From the NCBI RefSeq assembly GCF_001194135.2, contig NC_068997.1, positions 2,026,127-2,090,126 of the forward strand: a DNA stretch of 64,000 bases, in the 5' to 3' direction. The notes under the pieces are model-generated. The model saw only the letters and a list, made by a program, of their open reading frames with translations, was not told where the DNA came from and did not search any database. The first letter of the stretch is position 1, and every line of letters starts with the position of its first letter. This document shows, in pieces, positions 26,926-39,704 of the stretch. Made by a program: the position numbers and the translations under genes. Origin of the DNA: Octopus bimaculoides (Eukaryota).

Positions 26926-27654
26926 TAATGTCCAAACCAAGTATAATCGAGCAGGCCGATGGCTTGGCATGTGGCCAGTTGACTAAACGGTGAGGTACGG
27001 CTCACAGGCTTTTTTTTACGGTTACATTATGCTTCCATCCGATTGGGTGCAAAGCTGCACCCTCCGACAAGCATTGCTAAATAGTGTGGAGTGGAAAAAC
27101 AACAAGTTGTGCACGACCCAACCTCTTTCCTATTTCAATATAGCTCTAGATTCTGGTAGTGACCGCAATTGCAAATGAAGCGGTTTACATCAAAGCGAAG
27201 TAATTATTGGTTACCTTGCTCATCTTTTTGGCGTTTATAATTCTTGATCAGGGAAATGAATCGGCAGAATCGTTAAATTATTTGTTTCGGCTCTTTACGC
27301 TGTGAGTTAAAATCCTTCCGAAAGTATCTTTGCTTCTCTTCCCTTCATGATAGAGAAAATAAACTAATATTCAAACGCAGAGGATGATGATATCGATAAA
27401 CCTCCTCTCTTGTAACATTGTACTTAAATTCGAAACAAGTAATGATATTAAATGTTGCAGCAACTAAAACCTGATAAATTATTTACCTTGAGGTTTACTG
27501 ACCTTATATGTGTGATAGTTCAAACACGTTGGTGTCGTCGTCCTTATTTTCGTTGTTGTGGACAGCGTTTGTTCATGTTTTTAAAACTCCGGGTCAGTTC
27601 CGAACCTGCTGATATATATGATCGAATTCATTGTAGTCGTGATATAGTTTATCA

Positions 27655-28075
27655 TTGAGGCGGAGAGCAGGAAGAATCGTTACTTTGCAGGACAAAAATG
27701 CTTAGCGCCATTTCGTCCGTACTTACGTTCTGTTTTCGAATTCCGCCGAGGTCGACTTTACCTTTCATTCTTTCGGATTTGATTAAACAAAATAAGTACG
27801 AACTGAGCGCAGGGTCGATCTATTCGACTTACCCTCCGAAATTCCTGGCCTTGTTCCAAAATTTGAAACCAATATTACAATGGAATGGAACAGCGAGCTG
27901 GTAGAATCGTTAGCTCGCCGGACAGAAATGCTTAGTGGCATTTCGTCCGTCCTTAAGTTCTGAGTTCAAACTCAGCCGAAGTCGACTTTGCCTTTTATAC
28001 TTTTAGGATCCATAATATAAGTACCAATTGAGCACTGGAGTCGATGTAATCGACTGACACCCTTCCCCATAACAC
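27655..28075 (+). mobile_element. Two tandem SINE family B copies (plus a decayed copy at about 27255-27400)
   Basis: Heads ggcggagagcaggaagaatcgtta (27658) and gcgagctggtagaatcgttagctcgccgg (27893), each followed by the gtcgactttgcctttcat core. Confidence 0.85.
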
Positions 28076-28759
28076 CCGACCATATGACTCAACTTCGGTT
28101 TCAGGCGATGCTCCGAGAAAATATACATTTATAAGCTAAAAGTACTTAGCTTTTGATACTTAAATGCTTCAGGCAGCATAACAATGTGAATTGCTGGCCA
28201 ATGGTCCAGAAAAGCGATTTAGCTGTGGTCTACCATACAGACGTTTGTTTTTTTATTTTTTTAATCAACCTACCGGGCTTTTCATACTTCAAATAAGTAA
28301 ATAGATTCTTCAAAATAAGCTAACAAATAAACACGTACGTGTCTTTAAAATAACTATTTCAAATTAACCATCGTTAGGTAAACTGCTAATTTATATATAA
28401 ATCTTTAGATCTGTAGATCAAAATTTAATCACTTTCAACAGCTGTTTCATTAGGAATGAGCATCATTAATTTTATAATTACGTAATTAGGATACATAATT
28501 AATCAATATAACTTAGTTTACATTAAATTAATTCAAATAATGTTTATCCCACATCATCAGGAATATTGTAGGCTATTCTAGCTTCAGACTGTTGCTGGTT
28601 TAAATACACGAGAGAAAGGATATATATATATTTACTTTGACTTTCTATGACTTTCAGGTGCTTTAACACTCGGTGCTTTGATAGAGTCATCTCCCCCGCA
28701 CCGTTTTCAGCCTCAGGGCGAACAAGCAGAGTACATACATTGAGTACTTGTGTTCGATA

Positions 28760-28791
<32 letters not shown>

Positions 28792-29099
28792 CGTGGTAGC
28801 CATAGTATGTGGTTGAAGGTTAAACTGTGTGCACCTGTAGATAACATGTTCGCGAGGAAACATTGGCGTCGAGTTTTTTTGTAACGCATATCGTTACTTT
28901 GGCGAAATTCGATTTAATTTATTAAGGAAAGCTGGAAATGATTCGTTGATTTTGTAGCAATATGGCTCAAATTCGACAGCAAAAAGAATGAAATATACGT
29001 AGAGCCCACGATGAAGATGTGATTTTTTTTCTGTGAAGTAGCAGTCAGTGATATATGCTCAATTAAACTTTGATAATGTTCACTTCTTCTCACACAAGT

Positions 29100-30300
29100 G
29101 AACTGTGAACTTTAGCTTATTAATGTTACATTCCTCGTAGCCTATTTACAAACATCTTCCGACAATATGGAAGAAAGCATTTCTGGCAAAGCAGAATACT
29201 GGAAAGTTGTCAATAGACAAGGCAATATTTTTGAACGGAAAAGTCTTTCATGAAAAAGAAAAACTGTGATAGCAATTATTTGCAAAACACCAAGCTTTTC
29301 TGCTATAATTGCTGAAACTACAGACATTTAAGTCACCCACATTCAGCAATAGAGATACATTAATTTGAATAAGTATGATGTCGGAGATATAATGTTATAG
29401 AGAGCAAGTGCTGAATATGAAACGGTCTTTTAATCTTTACAATCCTGTCAAATCTTTGTTGCAATGAAGAAATATTTCTCTAGAAGATAGATTCACAAGT
29501 TATAATTGTTATTCTATGATGGACGCTAAAGTAGATTACAAAAGCTATTGGAAGAGATTGTGTCATATGTTTTCATTACGTGAAACATTTGTCAATATCT
29601 TCATTCTTTGAACAAATCAGGCTGTCACTGTTTTGTCCTATTATTCAAAGACTTTCAAAGATTTCACCTCTTTTCTCGCTGTGATATAAAACAACAGATA
29701 CGCTTTTTAAAGAAACGGTTACAACAATTTGCTATGAAATACCAAAACTTGTTCAAACTTGGTGCTTTTCATGAGAAGCACTTACAACAGTTGTTTTATG
29801 GAGAACCTGATGCATCTGTATTTCCAAAATCAATCGAGAAATGACAATGTTGATGGCACCAGGATAATTTATGTTACATTAAGCAATTGTGCAATCAAAT
29901 ACACGCACTTTTACTATCAGTGTGAATCTTTACTAAATATTTCCGGTTACATGTTCTCTATTTCATGGTACCAGAATGAAATCTTTATATCCAAGATTTA
30001 AAACTGATTGGCTGAAATTTCTCGTGGAACTTAGTATTCAAATCAGAAAGAGGTTTTGCTTAAGCCAAGTTGTAATTATTGCAAAGCTAAATGTATCAAG
30101 CACAAAGGTGACTACTGGTTGCAATATATTTTCTCTGTCTAACATCCTATTAGTATTTCATTTCCTATCCATAGTACCAGAAAACAGTATAAATTAACTT
30201 GGTGATTAATGAAGGAATTATTGCTTAACAGTAGACAATTTGCAGAAAATATTCCTGCATTTAGGTACAACTTAAAAGATAAAACTGATAGACATTTTAA
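29100..30300 (+). pseudogene. Decayed hAT-superfamily transposase (ZMYM1/ZBED-like)
   Basis: FSAIIAETTDI*...*RYIN at about 29295 (cf. FSIIxDETTDIS...RYV) and YDGR*SRLQKLLEE at about 29515 (cf. YDGA...G-x-Q); many stops and frameshifts; termini not found. Confidence 0.55.
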
Positions 30301-30436
30301 TTTAAAATGTAATTTATTTTAGGAGGTTTTGATTAATTTGACGTTTTTTTCATTTGTCAGCGTTGAAAGACTATTCACACTAAGGAACTTTGTCTAGAAA
30401 TGGAAAACTAATTCTTTAAAAGCAGAAACTGAAATA

Positions 30437-31695
30437 CGGAGTGGGACAGAGAGGACGGACGTTTTTGAAATGACTATTACTCAGTCCCAGGGGAAGGGAC
30501 ATATGTCCGACAGGTACCATGCGGTCCGTAGTGTCTTAGAATTTTCCTTTTATTTTCAGTTGAAGTTACAGCGCTATGGACGATAGCGCATCGCATGTTT
30601 GCCTACAACAGTTACATGAAGAATAAACAATTCTTTCACAACAGCTCAATGTGAGTTTCGGCGCCACTTCAACATTCACCGAAATCAGAATGTTTCCACC
30701 CTTAACACAATTTTACATTGGGTGAATTCACTTCGTACACGAGGTACACTAATGAATAGGAGATTGGTGGGGTGCCACGAACAGTATGGACCCCTCAAAA
30801 TGTGGAACGCGTTAGACAAACTTTGATACGGAATCAGAATCGCTCTGCTCGAAGGTATTCCACTAAACTTGGCATCGGTAATCGATCGGTAAGGTGTATT
30901 TTGCATGAATACCTGCATTTTCACCAGTACAAATTGGTCATTGGGCAACAGTTGAAACCATGGGACTATGCACAGCGGCTTAACTTAGCACGTCAGATGG
31001 GAACAAATTTTGAGGCAAATGACAGCCTCATTTTGTTAATGAGTGATGAAGTTCATTTTCATCTTAATGACATGGTGAATCAACAGAACTGTTGTTATTG
31101 GGCTCCTGAAAATCTGAGAGAACTGCACGAAAGACCACTGCACTATCCAACAGTGACGGTCTGGTGTGCTGTTAGAAAAGCTACCATCATTGCTCCTTAC
31201 TTTTTTGAAGACAATAATGGAAATGCTGTTACTCTGAACTATGAGCGTTACATTGACACGATAAACAACTTCTTTGTGCCTAGATTACGACGAAAACGTA
31301 TGCCTATTCGACGTGTGTGGCTTCAGCAGGATGGGGCGACGGCCCACACAGCCAGAACATCAATGGACGTTCTTCGCTCTCTCTTCGGTGACCGACTTAT
31401 TTCCAGGTTTGCTGACATAAGCCCCGCACATTGGGCGATTTGAAGGAAGCTATACGTGTGGAAGTCCCCCAAATCGACGGAGCAATACTGGAGAGAGAGG
31501 AGGCCAACTTTCAAGAACACTTTCAGGAATATATCAATGAAAATGGACGTCATATGATGGATGTTGTTTTCCGCACTTGATTTTAACAAAAGCTAATCCA
31601 ATACAAACACATTGATATCAGTAAAATTTGTTTACAGCTAAAATTAATGATTTTGTGAATTTTTCAAAAACGTCCGTCCTCTCTGCCTAACCCTG
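30437..31695 (+). mobile_element. Tc1/mariner DNA transposon, DD41D (rosa-like) type, both TIRs and TA TSD present
   Basis: Left TIR cggagtgggacagagaggacggacgtttttgaaa; right TIR (reverse complement) cagggttaggcagagaggacggacgtttttgaaa, 24 bp identical; TA at 30435-30436 and 31696-31697. Confidence 0.92.
30568..31580 (+). pseudogene. Transposase of the DD41D element (frameshifted, internally deleted)
   Basis: N-terminal HTH (AQCEFRRHFNIHRN...ILHWV), LMSDEVHFHL (D1), WLQQDGATAHTA (D2), then KPRTLGDLKEAIR...ENGRHMMDVVFRT* in another frame; the WPPRSPDL..D motif is absent. Confidence 0.9.
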
Positions 31696-31924
31696 TACTA
31701 GTTTGAAAGTAATCACTAATTAGAAATGAAATGAAGTAAATTTTGGGTAGGAATTAATGAGAGAAATTAATGCAGGATTTGGAAAAAATGGATGTAAACA
31801 AAAGATGTTTGGAAAGAATTTATAAGAAAAAAAATGCTAGGAATTTTGTTTCAAGAAAACTTAAAGAAGGGCAGTAAATATTTTGATCTACATATCTTCT
31901 TTTTTTTCTTTTCGTTGAGTTATT

Positions 31925-32125
31925 GGCACAAGGCCTTAAATTTTGCGGTGAAGGGTCGATAATATTAACCTATATGTTCAAAAGGAACATATTTTATCGA
32001 CCTAGAAAGAACTAAAGACAAAGATTACCTCGTCGGTCTTTGAATTTAGAACACAAAGCCGGAAGGAATACTACAAAGCATTTACTCCGACTTGCTAACG
32101 AATCTACCGGCACATCGCCTTCATT
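31925..32125 (-). mobile_element. SINE family B, diverged
   Basis: ggcacaaggcc...ttttatcgacctagaaaga...gctaacgaatctacc. Confidence 0.75.
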
Positions 32126-32412
32126 TTGGTCTGCATATTAAAGGAATTACAGTTAACTTCTATATGAAAACCACAATCACAAGGGGGATCCCCGTCTGTA
32201 TTTTTTTTTGCTGTACCTCATTTCGTGAGACTTTTACAGAGAATACTTGTTTGAAATATTTCAACATTGTAATTGTGTCAAATATTGGAAACTCATTACT
32301 GATCTTGTATCGTGTGATCACATATATCTGCCATCGGTTGGGGCTGTATCGTAACCGAAAAGGATATCTACTTCATGGGAGCTAACCAGTAAAAGACTCT
32401 TACACACGCGCG

Positions 32413-32443
<31 letters not shown>

Positions 32444-32929
32444 CAATCATTAAGTGCAAACAGCAATAAAATTCACTGTCAGGATCCGAAAGCAAAGTCA
32501 GGTTAATACACAAATATAAATAGTTATAGTGGTTCTTCAATAGATTTATAGCAGATCTTAAGTATACCGATAGTACTTCCATACATTTATAATGGATCCT
32601 TAGTATATCCTAAGTCTCACTTAATCAAAAACTTATTTCCAACAATTGAGGGAATGTAGAAGACAATGTTATGTCAAAGAATACTGGAAAAGCCAGCAAT
32701 TGATTCAGATATTTGATCTATACGCCGATTTCTTTATTTGTTCGCTTTTGTCATTTCTTCAATTATTGGAATTTGTAATATTTTTGATTAATTGTTTTAT
32801 AATCACAACGTTGAAAACAATTACCTCCATATTACTGCTATTACTGCAGCATTGGCTGCTACTGCACACATATCAATTTCTAACATAGGCATGATATCGA
32901 AAATGCTTTAGCGAGAATCAATCGATCAA

Positions 32930-33075
32930 GCTGATTAAATGCATTCCAGTTCTTCACTGTTGTTATATTTTATCGATCACAGAATTAATAAACGGCAAAC
33001 TGGACCCAGCGGGATTTGAACTCCGAGCACAAAGTACAGTCCCTAAATACCACTCTGACAAATCTGCCACCTCAC
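32930..33075 (-). mobile_element. SINE family B, diverged fragment
   Basis: ttttatcgatcacaga...ggcaaactggacccagcgggatttgaactc. Confidence 0.6.
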
Positions 33076-33310
33076 TGATGTGAGGCTGTTTAGATATATT
33101 AATTACTTTACATAATTATATTAGCTTAAAATGCTTTTAAAACTAATACAATGGGATTACACTGGGGATTAGTAACATGTACAGATTCTCATTGGAATTG
33201 GTCAACAATATCCAATCAATTAGATATTAATCACATTTATATGTATACACATATATGGATGTAAATGCATACCTGCATACATACACATATATGTATTGTA
33301 TACCTATCTA

Positions 33311-33381
<71 letters not shown>

Positions 33382-34169
33382 NNNNNNNNNNNNNNNNNNN
33401 NNNNNNNNNNNNNNNNNNNNNNNNNNNNNNNNNNNNNNNNNNNNNNNNNNNNNNNNNNNNNNNNNNNNNNNNNNNNNNNNNNNNNNNNNNNNNNNNNNNN
33501 NNNNNNNNNNNNNNNNNNNNNNNNNNNNNNNNNNNNNNNNNNNNNNNNNNNNNNNNNNNNNNNNNNNNNNNNNNNNNNNNNNNNNNNNNNNNNNNNNNNN
33601 NNNNNNNNNNNNNNNNNNNNNNNNNNNNNNNNNNNNNNNNNNNNNNNNNNNNNNNNNNNNNNNNNNNNNNNNNNNNNNNNNNNNNNNNNNNNNNNNNNNN
33701 NNNNNNNNNNNNNNNNNNNNNNNNNNNNNNNNNNNNNNNNNNNNNNNNNNNNNNNNNNNNNNNNNNNNNNNNNNNNNNNNNNNNNNNNNNNNNNNNNNNN
33801 NNNNNNNNNNNNNNNNNNNNNNNNNNNNNNNNNNNNNNNNNNNNNNNNNNNNNNNNNNNNNNNNNNNNNNNNNNNNNNNNNNNNNNNNNNNNNNNNNNNN
33901 NNNNNNNNNNNNNNNNNNNNNNNNNNNNNNNNNNNNNNNNNNNNNNNNNNNNNNNNNNNNNNNNNNNNNNNNNNNNNNNNNNNNNNNNNNNNNNNNNNNN
34001 NNNNNNNNNNNNNNNNNNNNNNNNNNNNNNNNNNNNNNNNNNNNNNNNNNNNNNNNNNNNNNNNNNNNNNNNNNNNNNNNNNNNNNNNNNNNNNNNNNNN
34101 NNNNNNNNNNNNNNNNNNNNNNNNNNNNNNNNATATATGTAAAGAGAGAGAGAGAGAGATTGACAGATG

Positions 34170-34260
<91 letters not shown>

Positions 34261-34261
34261 C

Positions 34262-35700
34262 AGAAATAAAATGTTTGTGGGTATGCTGAATCCGAATGGA
34301 GGAAGATGTCTTTCTTCGCCTCTTTCTTGAAGAAGCAAATTGTGGTATGTCCCGATGTGAAAGATATGTTGAAGTCTAAGGGGCTTAGCGAGCCATTTGC
34401 GGCTGTGTGTTCAATGTCGAATTGGATGTTGTGGTGAAGGGCGTTAAAGACATTATGGTCCTTGATTACCTAATCCCTGAATTTGGTTGAGACGATGGCA
34501 TCATCGACATATCTCCGGTATAGGGTGATGTGTTGTCCTGCAGTTTGTCCAGAGTAAGGGGTGGTCAGGATCGTATCAGGACATTTACCCTCCTAGGACA
34601 ATTGCCCTCCATAGGACAATTCCTCCAGACGACAACTAGCCCCTAGGACAATTACCACAATACATTAAGAAGTTTTTAATCATCATCTGTTGTCCTCAGG
34701 GGTAATTGTCCTTGGGAGGTTATTGTCCATGGGGTAAATGTCCTAGACTTGGCCAGGATACCACTGAGTCTGTATCCCATTAGTGGGGCCACTGTATTGT
34801 CGGTAAGTAGTGTTTTTGTACGGAAGCATGTGTTGACAGTGCAGAAATCCAGGAGGGATTTGAGGCCTGTTTGTGGGAAGTCTGTGGCCAGCTTGTGGCC
34901 TCGATCTAGNNNNNNNNNNCAGTGCAGAAATCCAGGAGGGATTTGAGGCCTGTTTGTGGGAAGTCTGTGGCCAGCTTGTGGCCTCGATCTAGTCGCGCTT
35001 GGGTTGTAAGTATGGCCTCAGCCGGTGGTATACTGGTGTACATAGACCGTACATTTAGGCTGAAGAAATCGATGCTGTCCGAGACGGTTCTTTAGGTGTG
35101 CTAGTATGTGTGCCAAAATTGGTTTGAGGAGCTATGCCCCAAGCCACTCCATCTTGCAGAGTGGGGATTTTGTGCTGGCGACGATCCAGTGTACTTTGAG
35201 TTGCCTCAGTTCGTTGCTTTCCTTGTGCATTTTTATTAGGTAGTAGAACGGTTGTGTGGAGGAGGTGTGTGCTGGGAAGTTTCTGTATGTGTGCCTGTTG
35301 AGATCCATGCTTCCGGATATGTTCTTTCATAGGTCGTTGCATTGTTTTTCTATCCTGTTCGTAATTTTTCTTGTAGTTGTGTGCTCGCACGGGGTGCAGA
35401 TATCGCCCTGGGAAAGGTGAGACATAACACCCGCGTCGCGCGAGTCCGTGTCGATCACACATAGTCCTCCCCCTTTGTCCGAGAATAGGAACATGTAGTT
35501 TTTCTCCTTTAGGGAGTCGAGTATGGAAAACTCTTTGGATGCCATGTTTGTGTGTGGTAATCGTCTCTAAGCAGACTCCAAGGCTTTCAGGCGGACGTGA
35601 CATAGCCTACTGACCCTGTTCTCGAAGTGATGGTGGTTTGCTGCACTCTCCTTCGTACGGGTACGGTCTGATAGCTTCGTCCGTCACTGCGTTGGTCTTC
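34262..35700 (-). mobile_element. Penelope-like element (PLE), reverse transcriptase region, pseudogenised
   Basis: Minus-strand motifs in order: FSDKGGGLCVIDT (~35475), FYYLIKMHK, LLKPIL, SLNVRSMYTSIP (~35050), LLDFCTVNTCF, MG..LSGILATL, LYRRYVDD (~34510), FNALHHNIQF, DIFLHSDS; characteristic PLE RT motif order. No GIY-YIG domain seen. Confidence 0.85.
34572..34749. mobile_element. 178-bp fold-back MITE nested in the PLE RT
   Basis: Inverted ends aggacatttaccc/gggtaaatgtcct, internal ggacaatt/aattgtcc subrepeats, flanked by tggtcaggat (34562-34571) and tggccaggat (34750-34759). Confidence 0.85.
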
Positions 35701-35711
35701 GCTGAGCTTCT

Positions 35712-35912
35712 GTGCCCATTAGTGGGGCCACTGTATTGTCGGTAAGTAGTGTTTTTGTACGGAAGCATGTGTTGACAGTGCAGAAATCCAGGAGGGATTT
35801 GAGGCCTGTTGGTGGGAAGTCTGTGGCCAGCTTGTGGCCTCGATCTAGTCGCGCTTGGGTTGTAAGTATGGCCTCAGCCGGTGGTATACTGGTGTACATA
35901 GACCGTACAGAG
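35712..35912 (-). mobile_element. Second, near-identical partial copy of the PLE RT middle segment
   Basis: Nearly identical to 34776-35055 (VRSMYTSIPPAEAIL...APLMG), with a few substitutions (e.g. ttggtggga vs tttgtggga). Confidence 0.85.
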
Positions 35913-36009
35913 GTGGTGATGGTGTGTTCTGGGAGTTTCCGGGTGGTAGCATACTTGGGGTCTCTGCTCAGTATCCCCTTTTCCTCCATTCTCAAATTTT
36001 CAAAGTTCA

Positions 36010-36062
36010 AAAGTTCAGAAGTTTCAAAAGTTTAGAAAGTTTAGAAAGTTTAGAAAGTTTAA
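36010..36062 (+). repeat. 9-bp tandem repeat (tagaaagtt)n
   Basis: Directly visible, running into an N-gap region. Confidence 0.8.
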
Positions 36063-36864
36063 AAGATCTAGCGGCCTTTGATANNNNNNNNNNNNNNNNN
36101 NNNNNNNNNNNNNNNNNNNNNNNNNNNNNNNNNNNNNNNNNNNNNNNNNNNNNNNNNNNNNNNNNNNNNNNNNNNNNNNNNNNNNNNNNNNNNNNNNNNN
36201 NNNNNNNNNNNNNNNNNNNNNNNNNNNNNNNNNNNNNNNNNNNNNNNNNNNNNNNNNNNNNNNNNNNNNNNNNNNNNNNNNNNNNNNNNNNNNNNNNNNN
36301 NNNNNNNNNNNNNNNNNNNNNNNNNNNNNNNNNNNNNNNNNNNNNNNNNNNNNNNNNNNNNNNNNNNNNNNNNNNNNNNNNNNNNNNNNNNNNNNNNNNN
36401 NNNNNNNNNNNNNNNNNNNNNNNNNNNNNNNNNNNNNNNNNNNNNNNNNNNNNNNNNNNNNNNNNNNNNNNNNNNNNNNNNNNNNNNNNNNNNNNNNNNN
36501 NNNNNNNNNNNNNNNNNNNNNNNNNNNNNNNNNNNNNNNNNNNNTTAATGAAACTTTCACGAGACAAAAACTGTCTCTCTATTCTCACCTTCCTTTTCAA
36601 GTGATACTTGAAAAAGTTGATGAGCGATTGGCCAGAGAGGTAAGTCTTCATCTCTAATCCTTTCACTCTAATGCAACATTTAAAAGAAGAGTCAATAAGT
36701 GAAAATAACCAATAAACTGATTCCTTATGGGATTTCCCAATCAAATTGCCAGCAAACCATTTTCAGCCAAACCAATTTCAACAGATTTCGCTCAAATCTG
36801 ATGTCGATGTTACTTATTTTGGTTTGAAATAAAAGACTTAATCATTTAATAATCCTAGCTTAAT

Positions 36865-36893
36865 CCCGAGCAGCGCCGGGTTATACTGCTAGT
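36865..36893 (+). mobile_element. Helitron-like 3' terminus
   Basis: GC-rich hairpin cccgagcagcgccggg followed 8 nt later by CTAG|T, the canonical Helitron 3' end; the 5' end is not resolvable (gap upstream). Confidence 0.6.
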
Positions 36894-38154
36894 TGAAGAT
36901 AAACGGACAATAGCGATGCTGTAGATCCGTGATAGTTATGTAGAAGTGCTACAGTAGTTATGTAGATTCATTGTTTGGAAACTTCTGGTTTTGAACTTTC
37001 TGTGAGCTGATAAAGAAAGAGGTTGACTTAGAGAGTGAGAGAAAGAGAGAGGGGGAGGAGAAGCAGAAAGACAGACAAACAGACAGACAACGGTATCTCC
37101 ACGGCAGATGTTCTTATCTATGAATCACTTTTACACCAAGCGGATCCTGATTGGGCAGACCTTTAATCAAAGACAATCAAAGGTAAAACCGTCTCATATT
37201 TTATGTATAGCCACCATTTAGTAACTCTCTGTCTGTCTGTTTGTCTGTGTCTTTGTCTCTCTCTCTCACTCCCACCCTTTCCCTCTCCCTATCTCTTTGA
37301 TTCACATATTAGCTTTTTAGACCAACAGTTATATTAGACAGATTGATTCAATATAACGGTCACCTTAGATATGACCATCATAATTATTGCCCATCATCTT
37401 AGGTGGAGAAAGACACATTCTGCTTTGTGTTGGACGCTTAACAAAATTAATTTTACAGTTAGCTGTGTTTGCACCATGAAGATAAATGTATTTACATCAG
37501 GATTTCACAGCCTTCGCAATTAGCCAAAGTAGAAAGGTTTTGAGTCGCGATAAAACCTAATCTATTTCACATAATCTCCTCGACATAATCCGGTTGACAT
37601 AATCTTCTTGCCTTAATGTTCTTGGCATAATGTTTCTCCTAATATTCTGAAATCTCCATAAGAAACTACAAAACTATTTCGACCATACTTGCTGTTCCCA
37701 TCGTGTATTCCTTCATATATTAAGCATCAAATGTTAAGGTCGGAACTAACTCGTAGAACATAAATGCTTCAAGGTATTTTTTCTTCGAGGCACCGATTCT
37801 TTCTATCGCTCCTCTCTATTAAGCACATACCTACTAAGGTATGACAATAATAGTTAATTACCCCCACTTCCATAATAATATATATTCTTTAAAGATTGGT
37901 TAGTCGTATAAAGTAAGAATTATGGACGTAGAAGTTATGAGTATCATGCCTTTCTATAAGGTCATTAAAGAAGTAACTGATATAAATTCCCCCAGGAAAC
38001 GAACCTTGCACAGAACGGTACACTTGCTGCACAAATGGTTCTTTTGACATTACTCTATATAGAATCACTCATAGACCTAGTGACATACTCACCTGCACAC
38101 ACATACACATATTTGTGTAGGTGGTATGTATATATAATACTATGTATGTGTGTG

Positions 38155-38187
<33 letters not shown>

Positions 38188-39069
38188 NNNNNNNNNNNNN
38201 NNNNNNNNNNNNNNNNNNNNNNNNNNNNNNNNNNNNNNNNNNNNNNNNNNNNNNNNNNNNNNNNNNNNNNNNTATATGTATATGCATATATACATATATA
38301 AATGTATATTTATGTATGCATATGTATATATGTATATTTATATATGAATATACATGTGTGTGTATACACACGCATACACGTATATATATATATGTATGTA
38401 TATATATATATATATATGTATATGAAATATACATATGTATATATACGAAATGAATTTCATTTATCTTGTAGCCTCTGGATATAGAAGAAGAAGGCTATAT
38501 ATGTTTAACTTCATGAGTGTGTGTATAATCACGAATAGATTGAGTATTTTTTTTTCCTTTTCATGTTTGCCTCATTAAGATTGAATATTAAAGCTACAAT
38601 TGACTGTATGTATGCTTGTCTGTGTATACACAGACACACTTATATGTACACACTCATATAATACACACACATCAATATGCGTGTCTGTACGTGTGTCTAT
38701 GTGCAAGCGTGTATGTATAAAGCTTGTACGTATGTATGTATGTATGTATATGTATATGTATATATGTTTACACGCAGAGAAAGTAAAAAGATAGCTGAAG
38801 GATTTCTGAAAGCAAGAGGGAAGTGTGCTTGGTTGCAGTGGAAGGAAACTAATCAGACAGTCTTTAATTTCCAAAATGCCTTTACTGAAGTAAATCTTGT
38901 CTCTAATTTTAGAGAGCTACGTGATTGGAGTAAGTTATTCCTATTTAAACCATCCATCATGATTGCCATCCCGTTGGTAGTCTTCTGTAAGCAACATAAA
39001 CGTATGACCAACAATAATAATAAATAATGATGATGAGGATGGGGATGAGGACGTTGATGATAATGATTG

Positions 39070-39101
<32 letters not shown>

Positions 39102-39313
39102 ATGAGGAAGGGGAGGATAAGGATGAAGGATGATGATGATGGCGGTGCAAGAGGTTGGTCTAATCCAATCATGGGACATTAGAAAGAAATGCGAAATGTC
39201 GTGAGATTCTATCTAATATGTATGAAAAGATGGTTTATTAGCTAACAAATAATACGGTTAGGGATTGATAAATATAATAATAAAAGAAATCAGACTAATG
39301 AAAATAAATTATA

Positions 39314-39350
<37 letters not shown>

Positions 39351-39414
39351 TCCCTCTCTTCCCTCCATGTCTATATATATATATATATACTCTTTTTACT
39401 TTTTTTTTTTTTAC

Positions 39415-39660
39415 TTTTTTCAGTCTTTCGACTGTGGCCATGCTGGAGCACCGCCTTTTAGTCGAGCAAATCGACCCCAGGACTTATTCTTTAGAAGCCT
39501 AGTACTTATTCTATCGATCTCTTTTGCCGAACCGCTAAGTTACGGGGACATAAACAGACCAGCATCGGTTGTCAAGCGATGTTGGGGGGACAAACACACA
39601 CATACAAACATACACACACACATACATATATATATACATATATACGACGGGCTTGAATAT
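39415..39660 (-). mobile_element. SINE family A 3' half, well conserved
   Basis: gactgtggccatgctggagcaccgcc...gccgaaccgctaagttacggggac...gtcaagcgatgttgggggg. Confidence 0.9.
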
Positions 39661-39668
39661 ATATATGT

Positions 39669-39704
<36 letters not shown>

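Noticed and set aside
34850-34995. Duplicated PLE segment around the short gap
   Set aside because: Identical sequence on both sides of a ~9-N gap; assembly artifact.
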